From assembly GCA_963761175.1 (NCBI GenBank), contig CAVXFZ010000003.1:132261-196260 (forward strand): a stretch of 64,000 nt of DNA, read 5' to 3'. Positions 47,575 to 59,536 of the stretch are shown here, in pieces. The notes below the pieces were generated by a model. The model worked only from the letters and a program-made list of their open reading frames with translations. It was not told the DNA's origin and ran no database searches. The DNA is from an uncultured Actinomycetes bacterium (lineage in GTDB: Bacteria; Actinomycetota; Acidimicrobiia; IMCC26256; PALSA-610). Every line of letters begins with the position of its first letter. Position 1 is the first letter of the stretch. Made by a program: the position numbers and the translations under genes.

Positions 47575-47708
47575 GCCTGCTCGCTCATGCGTCGTTCATG
47601 CGGTGGTAGTTCATGCGGTGATGCTCCGTTCCCGGTCGGGTCCGGCGGGGCAGTCTAGGAGTCAATTCGAAACGGAGCCGTTCGGGGCCGCTGGTACCGT
47701 TGACGCCC

Positions 47709-48925
<1,217 letters not shown>

Positions 48926-48929
<4 letters not shown>

Positions 48930-49978
48930 CCGGGCTGCGCGCCGGGGCACTCGACGTCGGCGTGGTCGGCGCGACCGGACTCGTCGGCCAGGAGATGCTG
49001 CGCGTGCTCGAGGAGCGCGCCTTCCCCGTCGGCCGTCTACGCGTCTACGCGTCGGCGCGTTCGGAAGGGCGGCGGCTCGCGTTCGCGGGCGGCGAGGTCA
49101 CCTGTGAGGTGTTGCGCGACGGGTGCTTCGACGGGCTCGATCTCGTCGTGGTCGACGTCGACGACCCGTTGTCGGAGGAGTGGACGCCGCAGGCCGCGGC
49201 GGCGGGCGCGATCGTGATCGACAAGTCGGCCGCGTTCCGGATGGAGCCCGACGTCCCGCTCGTCGTCGCCGAGGTGAACCCCGACGACCTGCGCGACATC
49301 CCGCGCAACATCGCGTCCTGCCCCAACTGCACGACGATGGTGCTCGTGGTGGCGCTCGCACCCTTGCACCGCGCCGCGGGGATCGACCGCATGGTCGTCT
49401 CCACGTACCAGTCGACGTCGGGTGCGGGGCAGCCGGGGCTCCGTGAGCTCGACGAGCAGTGGACGAAGTACGCGGGTGCGGGCGAGACGCTGCGCCGCGC
49501 CGGAGCGAATCCGGGTGCCGTCGAGGCCGGCGGAGTGTGGAGCAAGCCGATCGCCGGCAACGTGATCCCGCTCGCCGGTTCGGTGAAGGAGGCCGGGTAC
49601 ACGTCGGAGGAGTGGAAGCTCGTGCGCGAGACGCGCAAGATCCTCCACGACGACGCCATCCGCGTCTCCGCGACGTGCGTGCGTGTTCCCGTCTATGTCG
49701 GCCACGCGATGACGGCCAACCTGCAGTTCCGCCGGCCGATGGACAAGGCCGAGGCGGTCGCGCGGTTGCGGGCCGCGCCGGGGCTGACCCTCGTCGACGA
49801 CGGCGACGGCTTCCCCACGCCGCTCGACGCCGCCGGCATTGATCCGGTGCTCGTCGGGCGGGTGCGCGAGGACCCGTCGCAGCCGGGCGCGATCGACCTC
49901 TGGGTGACGGGCGACAACCTGCGCAAGGGTGCGGCCCTCAACGCGGTGCAGATGGCCGAGGCGTTGGCGCCGTCTTGA
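48926..49978 (+). CDS. asd: Aspartate-semialdehyde dehydrogenase
   Basis: VVGATGLVG, PNCTT, TYQS.SGAG, CVRVPV..GH, DNLRKGAALN. Confidence 0.96.
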
Positions 49979-49979
49979 C

Positions 49980-52067
49980 GTGACGCGCCGTCGCGGGCCT
50001 CTGACCCCGGCCGAGCTGGCCGAGGCGGCGGTGCTCGCCGACCTCGCCCTGGTGCTCGTGGTGCTCGGGTGGCTGCTGCCGCTCGGCGGCGCCCTCTTCG
50101 CGGCCGCCTGCGTGCCGCTCGTGCTGCTCGCGGTGCGGCAGCGCATCCGGGTCGTGTTCGTGGGCTTCGTCGCCGCGTCGGCGCTCGGTTTCCTCGTCGG
50201 CGGCACCGCGGTCGTCACGAACCTCGCAATAACCGCCGCGATCAGCACGATGGTGGGTTTCGCGATGCGGCGCCGTTGGGGCCCGTCGCGCGCGGCCGGC
50301 GCCGCAGTGCTCGTGCTCTGGCCGCCGATCGCGGCCATCAGCGTCGGACTGCTCGCGTTGTTCGCCCGGCTCCGGAAGCTCGCACTCGACCAGGTACACA
50401 ACTCCTGGACCGCGCTGCGGCGGCTCGAAGTCCATCTCGGGCTGATCCGCGTGGCCCGCTTCGGTGACCGCGCGGTGCGGTACCTGACGACGCACTGGTG
50501 GTTGCTCGTCCCCGCGGTCGAGCTCGTCTTCGTGTTCGTCGGTTCGTTCGCCGCGTACGCGATCGCCCGCCGCGTGATCGGCCGCCTCGCGGACGCGGTG
50601 CCGCGCGTCCCGCTCGGTGACGGCCGGCCCGACGGCGCGGCGGGTCCGGTGCCCGTCGAGCTCGATGCAGTCGGGTTCCGCTACCCCGGTGCCACGGCCG
50701 ACGCGCTCGCACCGTTGACGGCGCGTATCGAGGCGCACCGGTTCGTCGCGGTGACCGGCCCGAACGGCGCGGGGAAGTCGACCCTCGCGCGGCTCCTCGC
50801 CGGCGCGGCGCCGACGCGTGGGGCATTGCACCGGCCGGGATCGGTCGCGCTCGGGCGCGCGGGCGGCACTGCGTTCGTGTTCCAGCGGCCCGAGAGCCAG
50901 GTGCTCGGGGTGCGGGTGCGCGACGACGTCGTTTGGGGGCTGCCACAGGGAACGGAGACCGACGTCGAGGGCGTGCTGCGGTCCGTCGGCCTCGCCGGGC
51001 TCGGCGACCGCGACACGGCGACGCTCTCCGGAGGTCAGCTCCAGCGGCTCGCGGTCGCGGCCGCGCTGGCCCGGCGGCCCGCGCTGCTCGTCTCCGACGA
51101 GTCGACCGCGATGCTCGACCCCGCGGGACGCGACCGGTTGCTGCGCCTCCTTCGCAGCCTGCCGGGCACCGAGGGGCCGACGGTCGTGCACGCGACGCAC
51201 CGCCGCGACGAGATCGTCGTGGCCGACGCGGTGATCGCGCTCACGCCGGCGGCGGCCGGCGCGACCGCGGCATCCGCCGCGGAGGAGCGGCGCGAGGCGT
51301 GGCAGCGCGCGGCCGCGCACGCGGAACCGAGATGGGCGGCCGCCGACGGCTCGGCGGAGTCGTTCGCGGCGACGCGCGCGCCCGTCGCCGAACTGCGCGG
51401 TGTCGGCTACGTGTACTCCGCGGGCACGCCGTGGGCCCACCGCGCGCTGCGCGGCATCGATCTCGAAGTCGGACCGCGTGACGCGATCCTCGTGGTGGGC
51501 GGGAACGGATCCGGCAAGACGACGCTCGCGTGGATCCTCGCGGGCTTGCTCACACCGACCGAGGGCGAGGCGCTCCTCGAAGGGGAGCCCGTCGTCGAGC
51601 AGGTCGGGCGGGTCGGGCTCGGGTTCCAGCACGCCCGACTCCAACTGCTGCGTCACACCGTGGGCCACGAGCTCGAGTCCGTCGCGCGCGGCTCGATCGG
51701 GGTGGGCGCGGCGCTCGAGCTCGTGGGCCTTCCGGCCGCGTTCGCCGGGCGTGCGATCGACGATCTGAGCGGTGGCCAGCAACGCCGGGTGGCGCTCGCC
51801 CGCCTCCTCGCCGGTGACGCGCCGGTGCTCGTGCTCGACGAGCCCATGGCCGGTCTCGACGACGACGCGCGTGCCGAGCTCGTCGCGGTGCTCGTACGGC
51901 TGCGGGCCGCGCGCGCGATCGGCTTGGTGATCGTCTCCCACGACCTCGTCGAGCTCGCGCCCGCCGTCGATCGGGTCGTTGCGCTGCGCGACGGCGAGAT
52001 CGTGCTCTCGCAGCCGGCCGACGCGCTCGGCGCCGTGAGCGCGTTCCTCGACGCGGAGGAGGCCTGA
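49980..52067 (+). CDS. ECF transporter: N-terminal membrane (S-component-like) domain fused to tandem ABC ATPases
   Basis: About 6 TMs, then two NBDs (GPNGAGKS/LSGGQ/DES; GGNGSGKT/LSGGQ/LDEP), YSAGTPW. Confidence 0.87.
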   Translation: MTRRRGPLTPAELAEAAVLADLALVLVVLGWLLPLGGALFAAACVPLVLLAVRQRIRVVFVGFVAASALGFLVGGTAVVTNLAITAAISTMVGFAMRRRWGPSRAAGAAVLVLWPPIAAISVGLLALFARLRKLALDQVHNSWTALRRLEVHLGLIRVARFGDRAVRYLTTHWWLLVPAVELVFVFVGSFAAYAIARRVIGRLADAVPRVPLGDGRPDGAAGPVPVELDAVGFRYPGATADALAPLTARIEAHRFVAVTGPNGAGKSTLARLLAGAAPTRGALHRPGSVALGRAGGTAFVFQRPESQVLGVRVRDDVVWGLPQGTETDVEGVLRSVGLAGLGDRDTATLSGGQLQRLAVAAALARRPALLVSDESTAMLDPAGRDRLLRLLRSLPGTEGPTVVHATHRRDEIVVADAVIALTPAAAGATAASAAEERREAWQRAAAHAEPRWAAADGSAESFAATRAPVAELRGVGYVYSAGTPWAHRALRGIDLEVGPRDAILVVGGNGSGKTTLAWILAGLLTPTEGEALLEGEPVVEQVGRVGLGFQHARLQLLRHTVGHELESVARGSIGVGAALELVGLPAAFAGRAIDDLSGGQQRRVALARLLAGDAPVLVLDEPMAGLDDDARAELVAVLVRLRAARAIGLVIVSHDLVELAPAVDRVVALRDGEIVLSQPADALGAVSAFLDAEEA

Positions 52068-52903
52068 TGGCGGCGCGGGCGTCGACGGGTGTCGAGCCGC
52101 CCGCGCCGCGCGCGTCCCGGCTTCGCTCGCGCGACGTCGAGTTGCGCTGGTTCCGGTACCTGGAGGGCGACACCCCGGTGCACCGGCTCTGGGCCGGCAC
52201 GAAGATCGTCGCGGTCGCGTGCGCGAGCCTCGCGCTCTCGTTGCGCCCGACGTGGCGCGCGCTCGGGCTCGTCGGTGCGATCGTGATCGTCGCCCTGCTC
52301 GCGGCGCGGATCCCGCGCACCGCTGTCCCGCGCATCCCGTCGTGGATCCTGAGCGTCGTCCTGCTCGGTGGCTTCTTCCAGGTGATCTGGGGCCCGCCCC
52401 CGCACCGCAAAGTGCTCGGTCTCGTCGTCAGCAGCAGCGCGCTCGACGAGTGGAGCCGGTTCCTCGTGCTGGGCGTCGCGCTCCTCGTGCTCGCGGCGGT
52501 CGTCGCGTGGACGACCCGCCTGGCCGAGCTCGCGCCCGCGATCTCGACGCTGCTGCGACCGCTCCGCGTCGTGCGGTTGCCGGTCGACGAGATCACCGTC
52601 GCGATCGCGCTCTGTGTGCGCTGCTTCCCGCTCCTGGGCGAGGAGCTGCGCGTCCTTCTTGCCGCGCGGCGGTTGCGGCCGGAGCTGCAGCGCGACGGCT
52701 TCCGGGCGCAGTTGCGCGAACCGGTCGATCTGCTCGTTGCCGCCACGAGTGTGTCCCTGCGCCGCAGCCGTGAGCTCGCCGACGCGATCGAGGCGCGTGG
52801 CGGGTTCGGGTCGATCGCCGACGCGGCGCGCCGCCCCGGGTTGCTCGACTTCGCGGTGCTCGTGGCGATCGCCGGCGTCGTCGCGTTGGTCTTCGTGCCC
52901 TGA
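52067..52903 (+). CDS. ECF transporter transmembrane component T
   Basis: VHRL...TK, TT, L.PL, R.FP.L..E, AIEARG motifs. Confidence 0.88.
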   Translation: MAARASTGVEPPAPRASRLRSRDVELRWFRYLEGDTPVHRLWAGTKIVAVACASLALSLRPTWRALGLVGAIVIVALLAARIPRTAVPRIPSWILSVVLLGGFFQVIWGPPPHRKVLGLVVSSSALDEWSRFLVLGVALLVLAAVVAWTTRLAELAPAISTLLRPLRVVRLPVDEITVAIALCVRCFPLLGEELRVLLAARRLRPELQRDGFRAQLREPVDLLVAATSVSLRRSRELADAIEARGGFGSIADAARRPGLLDFAVLVAIAGVVALVFVP

Positions 52904-52994
52904 GCCGCCGCTACGCTCCGCGGGCGTCGACGCGAGCGTTCCTACCGCCGTGGCGCCGTGGCCCGCTGGCACAACGACGATGGAGGAACGCGCG

Positions 52995-54131
52995 ATGACC
53001 GGGGATCCGCCGCCGATTCCCGCGGCCCGGCTCGTCTTCCCGCCCGAGGACCGTGCCGAGATCGTCGCGCTCGTCGACGCGTCGCTGGCGTCCGGTTCGC
53101 TGACGCTCGGAGCCAACACCGCGGCGTTCGAGGCGGCGTTCGCGCAGCGTCACGGCGTTCCCCACGCGATCGCGGTGAGCTCGGGCACGAGCGCGATCGA
53201 GATCGTGCTGCGCCATCTCGGTGTCGACGGCGCGGAGGTGCTCGTTCCCGCGAACACCTTCTTCGCCACCGCGGCGGCGGTCGTGCACGCGGGCGGGACG
53301 GTACGGCTCGCCGACGTCGACGTGGCCACGCTCGCGCTCTCGGTCGAGACCGTCGAGGCGGCCCTCACCGAACGCACTGCGGGTGTCGTCATGGTGCACA
53401 TCGGCGGTTTCGTGAGCCCTGAGACGCCCGCCGTCCGGGACCTGTGCGCGGCGCGCGGACTCTTCTTCGTGGAGGACGCCGCCCACGCGCACGGGGTCTC
53501 CCTCGAAGGGACCGCGGCGGGATCGTTCGGCGTCGCGGGCGCCTTCTCGTTCTACCCGACGAAGGTGATGACGGCCGGTGAGGGCGGCATGATCGTGACC
53601 TCTGATCCCGACCTCGACGCCGACGCGCGCGTCTACCGCGATCAGGGCAAGGCGGGGTTCCTCGGCGGCGAGCACATCCGGCTCGGATCCGCCTGGCGCA
53701 TGAGCGAGCTGCACGCGGCGGTCGGAGGCGTCCAGCTCCGCCGGCTCGACGAGTTCATCGCGACGCGCCGCGCCGCGGCGGCGCGGTACGACGCGGGGCT
53801 CGCAGAGATTCCGGGTGTCGACGCCGTGTCGGTGCCCGCCGATTCGACGAACTACTACAAGTACGTCGCGCTGCTCACGCCGGGTGGCGATCGCGACGCG
53901 CTGAAGCGCGAGCTGCGCGACGAGTTCGGTGTCTCGATGAGTGGCGAGGTCTACTCGACGCCGCTGCACCGCCAGCCGGTCTTCGCCGGGCTCGCGCGTC
54001 ACGGTCTCGGTACCTCCGACGACGTCTGCGCCCGGCAGGTGTGCCTGCCCGTGCACTCCGACATGACTGCCGCAGAGGCCGACCGCGTGCTCGACGCGCT
54101 CCGCGCGGTGATGGCTCGGCGCATGCGCTGA
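52995..54131 (+). CDS. DegT/DnrJ/EryC1/StrS family PLP sugar aminotransferase
   Basis: VSSGTSA, VPANTFFAT, EDAAHAHG, FSFYPTK...GEGG, RMSE. Confidence 0.93.
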   Translation: MTGDPPPIPAARLVFPPEDRAEIVALVDASLASGSLTLGANTAAFEAAFAQRHGVPHAIAVSSGTSAIEIVLRHLGVDGAEVLVPANTFFATAAAVVHAGGTVRLADVDVATLALSVETVEAALTERTAGVVMVHIGGFVSPETPAVRDLCAARGLFFVEDAAHAHGVSLEGTAAGSFGVAGAFSFYPTKVMTAGEGGMIVTSDPDLDADARVYRDQGKAGFLGGEHIRLGSAWRMSELHAAVGGVQLRRLDEFIATRRAAAARYDAGLAEIPGVDAVSVPADSTNYYKYVALLTPGGDRDALKRELRDEFGVSMSGEVYSTPLHRQPVFAGLARHGLGTSDDVCARQVCLPVHSDMTAAEADRVLDALRAVMARRMR

Positions 54132-54150
54132 GCACGATCGACGCGCTCGG

Positions 54151-55437
54151 CTAGGTGGTGGCGCGGCTCAGCGCGTAGACGTCGAAACTGCGGTAGTGCG
54201 CGAGCCGGCGCACGGTGATACCGAGCGCGTCGCAGCCGTGCAGGTCGCCCGCGGAGAGGGCTTCGAGCAGGTGCTGCTCATTCTTGCGCAGCCGGATGTC
54301 GTAGTGGCGGGCGACGATCACGCGGTCGACGCGCCGGCTCGCGAGGAACGCGCAGTACGCGCGCGAGTCGGTCCACGTCTTGCGCACGATGCTCTCGGGA
54401 AAGAACTCGGAGTCGAGCCGCCCGCCGTATTCGAGTACCTGGTACATGCTCATGCGCTTGTCGTTCGTCGTGAGCACGCGGTACATCAGATGATGGCGGA
54501 ACTGCGACGACTCGAGGAACGGCACGATCGTCTGGTCCGGTGTGGTGCGTAGCCCCCGCCACGCCTGGCGCGTCTCCGACTGGTAGGCGCGGAACGCGAG
54601 ATTGCCCGCGAGGCACGCGACGAGGACGAGCGGGAGCATCCACGGGCGCGCGACCCTGCGGAAGAGCACGAGCGCGATCGGCAGCGCGAGCACCACGAGG
54701 CGCGGCCCGGCCGTGTCGCCGAGGTTCGCGAACCGCACCCCGATCGACGAGTCGGTGTACGCGGGCGTCTGGAACACGAGCCAGATCGCGGGGAGGGCGA
54801 TCAGAAGCGACGCTGCGTACGCGGCGAACAGGGCACGGCGGCGCCGTTCCCACGGCAACCACGCGAGAACGAGCAACGCCACCATGGGCACGAGCACCGG
54901 CGCGTGCGTCGCCTGTGCGACACCGGCGAGCAGCGCGCCCCACACGAGCCGGTCGCGCCGCCAGCACGCGATGGCCGCGAAGAGGAAGCCCATTGCCCAC
55001 ACGAAGGGCAGCTGGCCGAGGACCGTTCCGAGCACGACGAACGGATTCGAGAGCACGATCGCGAACCACCAGCCCCGCCGGAGCTCGGGAAAGGCCCAGA
55101 ACGTCGTGACCGCGAGACCGACCGTGCCGAGCACGAGCCAGAGGGTGACGACCCAGTCACCGAACAGCGGTCGCAGGAGTGCGGCCGACACCCATGGCAC
55201 GAACGCGTAGGGGAACGCGAGCCCTCGACCGTGCCCGATGACTCGCATGTGATACGGAATGCGGTGTGCATGCACGATCACGCGACTCACGAACCAGACG
55301 TGCGCGTAGTTGCTGATGGTGTCACTGGAGACGAAGATGCGGTGGCGCAGGATCCGGGCGAGCAGCACGATCCAGGCCAGCGCGACCAGCGCGGCGGCGA
55401 CCGTTCCCGACCGGCGGAACCATGTCGGCTCCGTCAC
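54151..55437 (-). CDS. Polytopic membrane protein, putative GT-C fold glycosyltransferase
   Basis: N-terminal TM, acidic loop SSDTISNYAH, about 9-10 TMs, soluble C-terminal domain; glycan-locus context. Confidence 0.6.
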   Translation of the reverse strand: MTEPTWFRRSGTVAAALVALAWIVLLARILRHRIFVSSDTISNYAHVWFVSRVIVHAHRIPYHMRVIGHGRGLAFPYAFVPWVSAALLRPLFGDWVVTLWLVLGTVGLAVTTFWAFPELRRGWWFAIVLSNPFVVLGTVLGQLPFVWAMGFLFAAIACWRRDRLVWGALLAGVAQATHAPVLVPMVALLVLAWLPWERRRRALFAAYAASLLIALPAIWLVFQTPAYTDSSIGVRFANLGDTAGPRLVVLALPIALVLFRRVARPWMLPLVLVACLAGNLAFRAYQSETRQAWRGLRTTPDQTIVPFLESSQFRHHLMYRVLTTNDKRMSMYQVLEYGGRLDSEFFPESIVRKTWTDSRAYCAFLASRRVDRVIVARHYDIRLRKNEQHLLEALSAGDLHGCDALGITVRRLAHYRSFDVYALSRATT

Positions 55438-55470
55438 GATGCAACCGGCGCCGCGGCGCGCTGACGCACG

Positions 55471-56469
55471 ATGAGCGGCGCGCCCGGCGCCTTCGCCGAC
55501 GCGCTCCTCGCGTTCGCGGCCGCCGTGTTCACCTGGTGGGCGACCGCGGGGAGGGGGCGCGTCGCGCTCGGCGCCGCGGTGATCTCCGGGGTGCTCGCGG
55601 TATGGCTGACCACCCAGACCGACGAGTCGCCGCTGCTCGCGATGTTGTCGATCGTGCTCGGCGCGGCCGTCGGCGTCGCGGCTGCCGGGGTGCGGACCGT
55701 TCCCGGTCGTTCGCGCGTCGAGGCAGGCGCGCACCGCCGGCGCGGCGCGAGCGTCGTGGTCGTCGTGACGGTTGTGGCCACCCTGCTCCTCGGCGGCTGG
55801 ATCGGCTCGAACTCGCCGACCGAATCGTGGTTCGGTGCGATCGTGAGCCACGGACCGCGTACCGCACCCGTCGTCGCGATCACCTTCGACGACGGGCCGA
55901 ACGTGAACGACACCATGAAGATCGCGCACCTGCTCGATTCGTACGGTGTGAAGGGCACGTTCTTCTCGGTCGGGAAGGCGCTGGCGAAGCGGCCCGACAT
56001 CTCACGGGCCCTCCTCGCCGACGGCCACCTGCTGGGGAACCACTCCTACCATCACGACCAGTGGCGTTGGCTCGATCCGCGGTACCCCGAGCTCGAACGC
56101 ACGCAGCAGGTCTTCCGGCACGACCTCGGCGTGTGCCCCGCCTTCTACCGCCCGCCGCACGGCGAGCACACACCGTTCATGGCGTACGCGTTGCACACGA
56201 AGCACATGACGATGGTCGGCTGGGACGTCTCCGCGGGCGACTGGGCGACGAAGGATCCGGAGTTGGTGGCGCGCCGCGTGCTGCGGCACGTGCGTGCCGG
56301 CTCGATCATCGACCTGCACGACGGGCTCGACGGCAATCTCACGGCTGATCGCAACGTGTTGCTGGGCGCCCTGCCCATCATCATGCGGGGCCTCGCGGCA
56401 CATGGCCTGCACGCGGTACGGCTCGACCAGCTGCTCGGAATCCGCGGCTACGACGCGTCGCACTGCTGA
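55471..56469 (+). CDS. Membrane-anchored polysaccharide deacetylase (NodB/CE4)
   Basis: N-terminal TMs; intact TFDDGP, GNHSYHH, RPPHG, WDV, IDLHD motifs. Confidence 0.9.
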   Translation: MSGAPGAFADALLAFAAAVFTWWATAGRGRVALGAAVISGVLAVWLTTQTDESPLLAMLSIVLGAAVGVAAAGVRTVPGRSRVEAGAHRRRGASVVVVVTVVATLLLGGWIGSNSPTESWFGAIVSHGPRTAPVVAITFDDGPNVNDTMKIAHLLDSYGVKGTFFSVGKALAKRPDISRALLADGHLLGNHSYHHDQWRWLDPRYPELERTQQVFRHDLGVCPAFYRPPHGEHTPFMAYALHTKHMTMVGWDVSAGDWATKDPELVARRVLRHVRAGSIIDLHDGLDGNLTADRNVLLGALPIIMRGLAAHGLHAVRLDQLLGIRGYDASHC

Positions 56470-56541
56470 TCCGCCGACTCGGGATCCCATCGGACGGCAG
56501 CGTACGGCCGCGCCGGCGGGTACGAACGCAATACTGGGGGA

Positions 56542-57897
56542 ATGACCTCGACCATGACGGACACGGCGATGCGTCGCGGCGGTTGGCTCGTCGCGACCCT
56601 GCTGCTCGCGACGATGAGTGCCGTCGTCCCGCTCACCGGCGCGACCGCGGCCGCGGCGGCGACCGCGGCGAGCCCCATCACGCCGGGGAACCGCCCCGCG
56701 CCGATCCCCGGTCAGCGCAACGGGCTCGTCGCCGCGAGCGAGCTCGTGACGGTGGAGGGAACGTGCCGCCTGTACAAGGAAGCGGCGGCGAGCTTCGCGC
56801 ACTTGCTCGCGGCGGCACGCGCCGACGGCATCGATCTCGCGACCGACGATTGCTACCGGCCCCTCGCGGACCAGATCTCGGTGCGCGCCGGCGCGTGCAC
56901 GAACGGGAACTGCGCGTGCGCGGCGACGATCAGCCCGACTGCGACCGTCGGCACATCGATGCACGGCTGGGGCAAGGCGGTCGATCTGACGGTCGACGGG
57001 CATTCGCTCACCGATCCGAACTCGGCCGCGGAGCGCTGGTTGAACGCGCACGCACGCACATGGGGATGGAACCATCCCGCGTTCGCGCTGCTCGGTACCG
57101 CCTGCCCGGAAGCGTGGCACTGGGAGTGGGTCGGGGATGGCGGAGCCCTGCACGCGTCGCGTGTCGTGGCCGACGTCATGGGCGGCGCGGGCGGGCCGCA
57201 CGGTGCGTTGGCCACGGTGACGGGACTCGGCGCGGTCACATGGCTCTCGGGTCCGCTCGCGGCGAGCGCGCCCTCGCAACCCGCGCTCTCACCGCTCGGG
57301 TGGGTCGTCGTGGGCGCCGCGACGACGCCGAGCGCGGCCGGGCTGTGGCGCGTCGCGGCCGATGGTGGCGTGTTCGCGTCGGGCGACGCGACGTTCTACG
57401 GCTCGACGGGTTCGCTGCGCCTCAACCGGCCGGTCGTCGGCATGGCCGCCGCTCCCGACGGTCGCGGTTACTGGCTGGTCGCGTCCGACGGAGGCGTGTT
57501 CCGGTTCGGCTCCGCACGCTTCTTCGGTTCGACCGGTTCCTTGCGGTTGAATCGACCGGTCGTGGGGATGGCACCGGCACCCGGTGGCGACGGCTACTGG
57601 CTCGTCGCGTCGGATGGCGGCATCTTCAGCTTCGGCGGCGCGCGCTTTGCCGGGTCGACGGGTGCGTTGCGTCTCGCCGCACCGGTCGTGGGGATGGCCG
57701 CGACGCCGTCCGGTCACGGCTACTGGCTCGTCGCGTCGGATGGCGGCGTCTTCAGCTTCGGGGACGCCACCTTCCACGGCTCCGCCGCCGGCAACGATCT
57801 TCGCGAGCCGGTCGTGGGGATCGTCGCGTCGGAGTCGGGTGGCGGCTACTCGCTCGTGACCGCCGACGGGACGGCGCTGCGCTTCGGCGACGCGTGA
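56542..57897 (+). CDS. Secreted M15B (VanY-like D,D-carboxypeptidase) peptidase with C-terminal GYWLVASDGG repeats
   Basis: Signal peptide, YR...Q, GTSMHGWGKAVD, EAWHWEW; 4-5 repeats of about 39 aa. Confidence 0.87.
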   Translation: MTSTMTDTAMRRGGWLVATLLLATMSAVVPLTGATAAAAATAASPITPGNRPAPIPGQRNGLVAASELVTVEGTCRLYKEAAASFAHLLAAARADGIDLATDDCYRPLADQISVRAGACTNGNCACAATISPTATVGTSMHGWGKAVDLTVDGHSLTDPNSAAERWLNAHARTWGWNHPAFALLGTACPEAWHWEWVGDGGALHASRVVADVMGGAGGPHGALATVTGLGAVTWLSGPLAASAPSQPALSPLGWVVVGAATTPSAAGLWRVAADGGVFASGDATFYGSTGSLRLNRPVVGMAAAPDGRGYWLVASDGGVFRFGSARFFGSTGSLRLNRPVVGMAPAPGGDGYWLVASDGGIFSFGGARFAGSTGALRLAAPVVGMAATPSGHGYWLVASDGGVFSFGDATFHGSAAGNDLREPVVGIVASESGGGYSLVTADGTALRFGDA

Positions 57898-57921
57898 AAG
57901 CGGCAACCTAACCTCGCGGCC

Positions 57922-59500
57922 GTGACCCCGTTCGCGCCGTTCGTCTCCCGTCACGCGCCCAACGGCATGGTGTGCGCGGTCGACCATCTCGCGGCGGGTG
58001 CCGGGGTCGCGATGTTGCGCGCCGGGGGGACCGCGGCCGACGCCGCCGTTGCCGCGAGCGCGGTGCTCGCGGTCACGACCCCGAACATGTGCGGGATGGG
58101 CGGCGATCTCTTCGCCCTCGTACACACCGGCGACGGACCTCCGCACACGCTCAACGCGTCGGGCCGATCGGGTTCGGGCGCCGATCCGGTACGCGCGCGC
58201 GACGAGGGACTCGTGCAGTTGCCGCTACGCGGCGACATCCGCGCGGTTCCCGTGCCCGGTTGTGTCGACGGCTGGCTCGCGTTGCACGCCCGCTTCGGAC
58301 GGTTGGACCTCGGCCGCGTGCTCGAACCCGCCATCGCGTACGCGCGCGACGGCTTTCCCGCCGCGCCGCTGCTCGTGGAGGCGTTCCCGCGGCTGGAAGG
58401 TGTCGCGCACCTCGACGACGCCTTCGATCCGTTCCCCGACGCGGTCGGCCGGCGAATCCGGCGGCCCGGAAACGCGCGCGCGCTGGAGGCGATCGTGCGC
58501 GAGGGGCGGGCCGGGTTCTACGAGGGCGAGTTCGGTGCCAACCTCGGGGTGCTCGGCGCGGGCGAGTACGCGCCGGACGACCTGCGCGCGCCGAACGCGG
58601 AGTGGGTCGTACCGCTCGGCGCGCGGGCGTGGGGTCACGACCTCTGGACGATGCCCCCGAACTCGCAGGGCTACCTCGCGCTCGCGGGCGCGTGGATCGC
58701 CGAAGGCCTCGACCTCCCGAGCGATCCCGACGCCGTGAACTTCGCACACCTGTTGATCGAGGCGGCGATCCAAGCCGGTCACGATCGACCGGCGGTGCTG
58801 CACGAGCACGCCGACGGCGACGCGCTCGTCGCGCCGGCCCGGCTCGCGCCGCGGCGCGGCGCGATCGACGTTGCGCGCGCCGCGCACCTCGCGGCACCGG
58901 GGGCGGCCGGTGGCACCATCGCGCTCGAAGCGATCGACCGCGACGGCACCGGCGTCTCGCTGATCCAGTCGAACGCGGCCGGCTTCGGCGCGCACCTCGT
59001 GGTGCCGGGCGTGGGGGTCTTCCTCCAGAATCGCGGTCTCGGGTTCTCGCTCGGTGCCGGGCACCCGGCCGAGTACGGCCCCCGCCGCCGCCCGCCGCAC
59101 ACGCTCGTTCCCCTCGTCGTCACCCGACCCGACGGTCGGTTGCGTGCGCTGCTCGGCACCATGGGCGCCGACAGCCAACCGCAGGTGCTCCTCCAACTCC
59201 TCGCCCGGGTGCTGCTGCTCGGGCAGTCGCCGGCCGAAGCGCTCGCCGCGCCGCGCTGGGTGCTCGCGAGCGGGGTCAGCACGTTCTCGACCTGGCACGA
59301 TCCCGACGCGATCGTCGTCCAGGTGGAGGCGCACGCCCCGGCCGCGTGGGTCCCGGAGTTCGCGCGCGAAGGGCCATCGGGTCGACGCGATCGATGCCTT
59401 CGCCTACCCGACCGGGCACGCGCACATCATCGAAGTGGGCGAGACCTACTCGGGAGCGTCGGATCCGCGCGCGCTCACGGGCGGCGCAGTCGGCTACTGA
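57922..59500 (+). CDS. Gamma-glutamyltransferase family protein (frameshift near 59367)
   Basis: GG.AADAA, CGMGGD, VPGCVDGW, GT cleavage site, QS..GFG, LQNRG, HTL.P, G.SDPR. Confidence 0.88.
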
Positions 59501-59536
59501 GCGCGGCGCCCGCTCGCGTCCGACACGCGTCGCGGA

